NCBI GenBank assembly: GCA_032718475.1
Contig: JAUCBJ010009012.1
Coordinates: 15,859-79,858 of the forward strand
Length of the DNA: 64,000 nucleotides
From: Nemertoderma westbladi
Lineage: Eukaryota; Animalia; Xenacoelomorpha
Direction of reading: 5' to 3'
The notes beneath the pieces were generated by a model. That model worked only from the letters and a program-made list of their open reading frames with translations. It searched no databases and was not told the DNA's origin. Made by a program: the position numbers and the translations under genes. Positions 61,235-64,000 of this stretch are shown one piece after another; within the stretch, counting starts at the first letter, position 1; each line of letters starts with the position of its first letter.

Positions 61235-62147
61235 ATGAAGACGCTGTTTGTGGTGATAGTTCTAATTAATATAGTTGTTACCCCTGGTAACCTGAGCCCA
61301 ATTACAAGAAGTCAAGTAAAGATTGAGTGGAACTCCTCCCAGAGAAGTGAGAAGAATTCTAACCAAATAATTTTATCTACAAAATATGCACATGGAGTTG
61401 AAGAAATGAAGCACTCATCAATTTTTACTCATAATGATAAGCCAATTGCGAACCAAATAGAACTGGAAAAACTCATGTTTACCAAACATCACCTCACAAA
61501 TAATCCATTAGAGAAGAAAATGAAGTTAATTAAGCACAACATACACCCGCTAAATGACAACTTAATTCCAACTCCAACCAACCCTGAAACATTAGACAAT
61601 GGACTAAATATCATCCCAATGACATCCCTTCTAAACACGATAAAGTACAAAATAAATAGCGGTTCGCGTTTACAGTCCAAAGACAAAATCAAACTTCCCG
61701 CCATTACCAGATGTGACGTGTGTTACATTTTGGCAGACGTTTTTGGTGCAGCGATATCGTCTAACGTATCCAACGACGAAATTATAAAGATTCTAACCAC
61801 AGCCTGCATAAAGTTGGGTTTAGAAGATGATCGTGTTTGTAAGGCTATTATACCACATTTCGGGGAATGGGTAATCACTCTGGTTGATAAATACCTGTTG
61901 GTCCCCAATGATGTTTGTGGAATCATCTTTGGGGAGACTTGCGGTCATGTTGTACCATTTTATCCGGACTGGAACGTAAAGATTCCGCCGCCGAGACGCA
62001 ATAATGGAATCTCCCAAACTGCGACATCCACTGACTCCCGTACGGAGAATAAGGTTTCCCACGTGCTACAAATATCGGACATCCATTTAGACACGGGGTA
62101 CACACCTGGGAACAACGCCGAGTGCGGAGAGCCAATGTGTTGTACAG
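61235..62147 (+). CDS. Acid sphingomyelinase-like gene B (inverted paralog of gene A), first coding exon; remainder beyond the window
   Basis: Closely similar protein to 56009-56921 with an identical donor site (TGTACAG|gttagtcgg). Confidence 0.92.
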
Positions 62148-62777
62148 GTTAGTCGGAAGTTGTTGTTTATTGGTTATTGTACGAGGCATTCATTCAAGAA
62201 TCATGGAGAGATGGGGTGGGGGGGGGGGGGGGGGGGGGCAGGGGTCTTTGACTTAATCAAAATTAAAGCCTCTCCAAGGAAAGACGGCCCAAATAACATG
62301 TGATTACCAATAACGGTTGAAATTAAAGCAAAATTAATTAAGGCAGTGATTTTTTATGTCCTTTTATTTGACTTGTTTTGTCCTCCTTTTTTTACGAATT
62401 GTGCATAATGACTTTTGTTGTCCCTTTAATGACTTTTGTTGTCCTTTTAATGACTTTTTATGTATGTATTTCTTCAAACTGTCAGACTGCTGATTTCTGG
62501 ACTGTCAGACAGCTGATTTCTGGACTGTCAGACAGTTGATTTAAACATCCCTATGCCAAAACATTCAAAATTTGTTGATTTCTGGTCTGTCGGACAGTTG
62601 GTTTCACTATGCCTGTGCCAAAACATTCCATGATTTATAGACTATGAGATAGATTTCCATATGCGCCTGTGGTAAAAGACTCTATATTTAATAGTTTGTG
62701 GTTGCTGTCGATAATCGATTACCACATGACGTAGCAAAACACTCATTTTATAGCCAAAAACAATTACCAATTGATGG

Positions 62778-63765
62778 CGGGTTACAGAGGCGGGATTTTC
62801 TAACCAAAACAATAAGCAGTCACTTTACCAAATCAGGGAAAGGAGCAGGTTACAGAGACGGGATTTTCTAACCAAAACAATAAACGATCACTTAACTAAT
62901 TGATGGAAAGGAGCAGGTTACAGAGGCGGGATTTTCTAACCAAAACAATGAACGATCACTTAACTAATTGAGGGAAAGGAGCAGGTTACAGAGGCGGGAT
63001 TTTCTAACCAAAACAATAAACGATCATTTAACTAATTGAGGGAAAGGGGCAGGTTACAGAGGTGAAATTTTCTAACCAAAACAATAAACGATTACTTAAC
63101 TAATTGAGTGAAAGGAGCAGGTTACAGAGGCGGGATTTTCTAACCAAAACAATAAACGATCATTTAACTAATTGAGGGAAAGGGGCAGGTTACAGAGGCG
63201 GAATTTTCTAACCAAAACAATAAACGATGATTTAACTAATTGAGGGAAAGTGGCAGGTTACAGAGGCGGGATTTTCTAACCAAAACAATAAACAGTCACT
63301 TTACTAAATGAAGGAAAGAAGCAGGTTACAGAGGCGGGCCTTTCTAACCAAAACAATAAACGGTCACTTTACCAAATCAGGGAAAGGAGCAGGTTACAGA
63401 GATGGGACTTTCAAACCAAAACAATAAACGATAATTTAACTAATTGAGGGAAAGGGGCAGGTTACAGAGGCGGGATTTTCTAACCAAAACAATAAACAGT
63501 CACTTTACTAAATGAAGGAAAGGAGCAGGTTACAGAGGCGGGCCTTTCTAACCAAAACAATAAACGGTCACTTTACCAAATCAGGGAAAGGAGCAGGTTA
63601 CAGAGGCGGGATTTTCTAACCAAAACAATAAACAGTCACTTTACTAAATGAAGAAAAGGAACAGGTTACAGAGGCGGGACTTTCTAACCAAAACAATAAA
63701 CGGTCACTTTACCAATTCAGGGAAAGGAGCAGGTTACAGAGGCCGTATTTTCTAACCAAAACAAC
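62778..63765. repeat. 68-bp tandem repeat, about 14 copies, in the gene B intron
   Basis: Unit GGAAAGGAGCAGGTTACAGAGGCGGGATTTTCTAACCAAAACAATAAACG... Confidence 0.95.
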
Positions 63766-64000
63766 CGGTCAGCCGGTAGGCCTACCAGTACCGTATTTAA
63801 ATGGTAGGCTACACAGTAGGCCTACACAGCAGTACCGGTGCCGGTACCGATACTAAAATACCTAAAATACCTGCTTTATACCTACATCTGTACATGCAAT
63901 ACTACAAAATAATGCTCTATATACTAATACCGGTACCGATAGCCTGAGGGAACAGCAGTAGAGAAACCGGTAGCATGGAACCTAACGGTAGATTTCTGGA

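Overview
Repeat-rich eukaryotic, probably invertebrate, genomic DNA. It contains: (1) the first four coding exons of a mitochondrial aconitase gene on the minus strand, two of whose introns are filled by multi-kb satellites that appear to be amplified copies of the gene's own 3' splice-site/exon junctions; (2) a decayed LINE, tRNA-derived SINEs and an internally deleted Academ (XPG-type) DNA transposon; (3) a young full-length 18.5-kb BEL/Pao LTR retrotransposon (30572-49042, GACAT target-site duplication, ~1.2-kb near-identical LTRs); and (4) a head-to-head inverted pair of acid sphingomyelinase-like genes carrying MITEs and tandem repeats. The BEL/Pao element has no tRNA primer-binding site but shows a Tf1-like self-complementary 11-mer. 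It also carries an accessory reading frame of ~1417 codons, split by two in-frame UAG-G stops, encoding a WRN/EXD-like DEDDy exonuclease fold and CCHC zinc knuckles. All calls were made by eye; no database searches were run.
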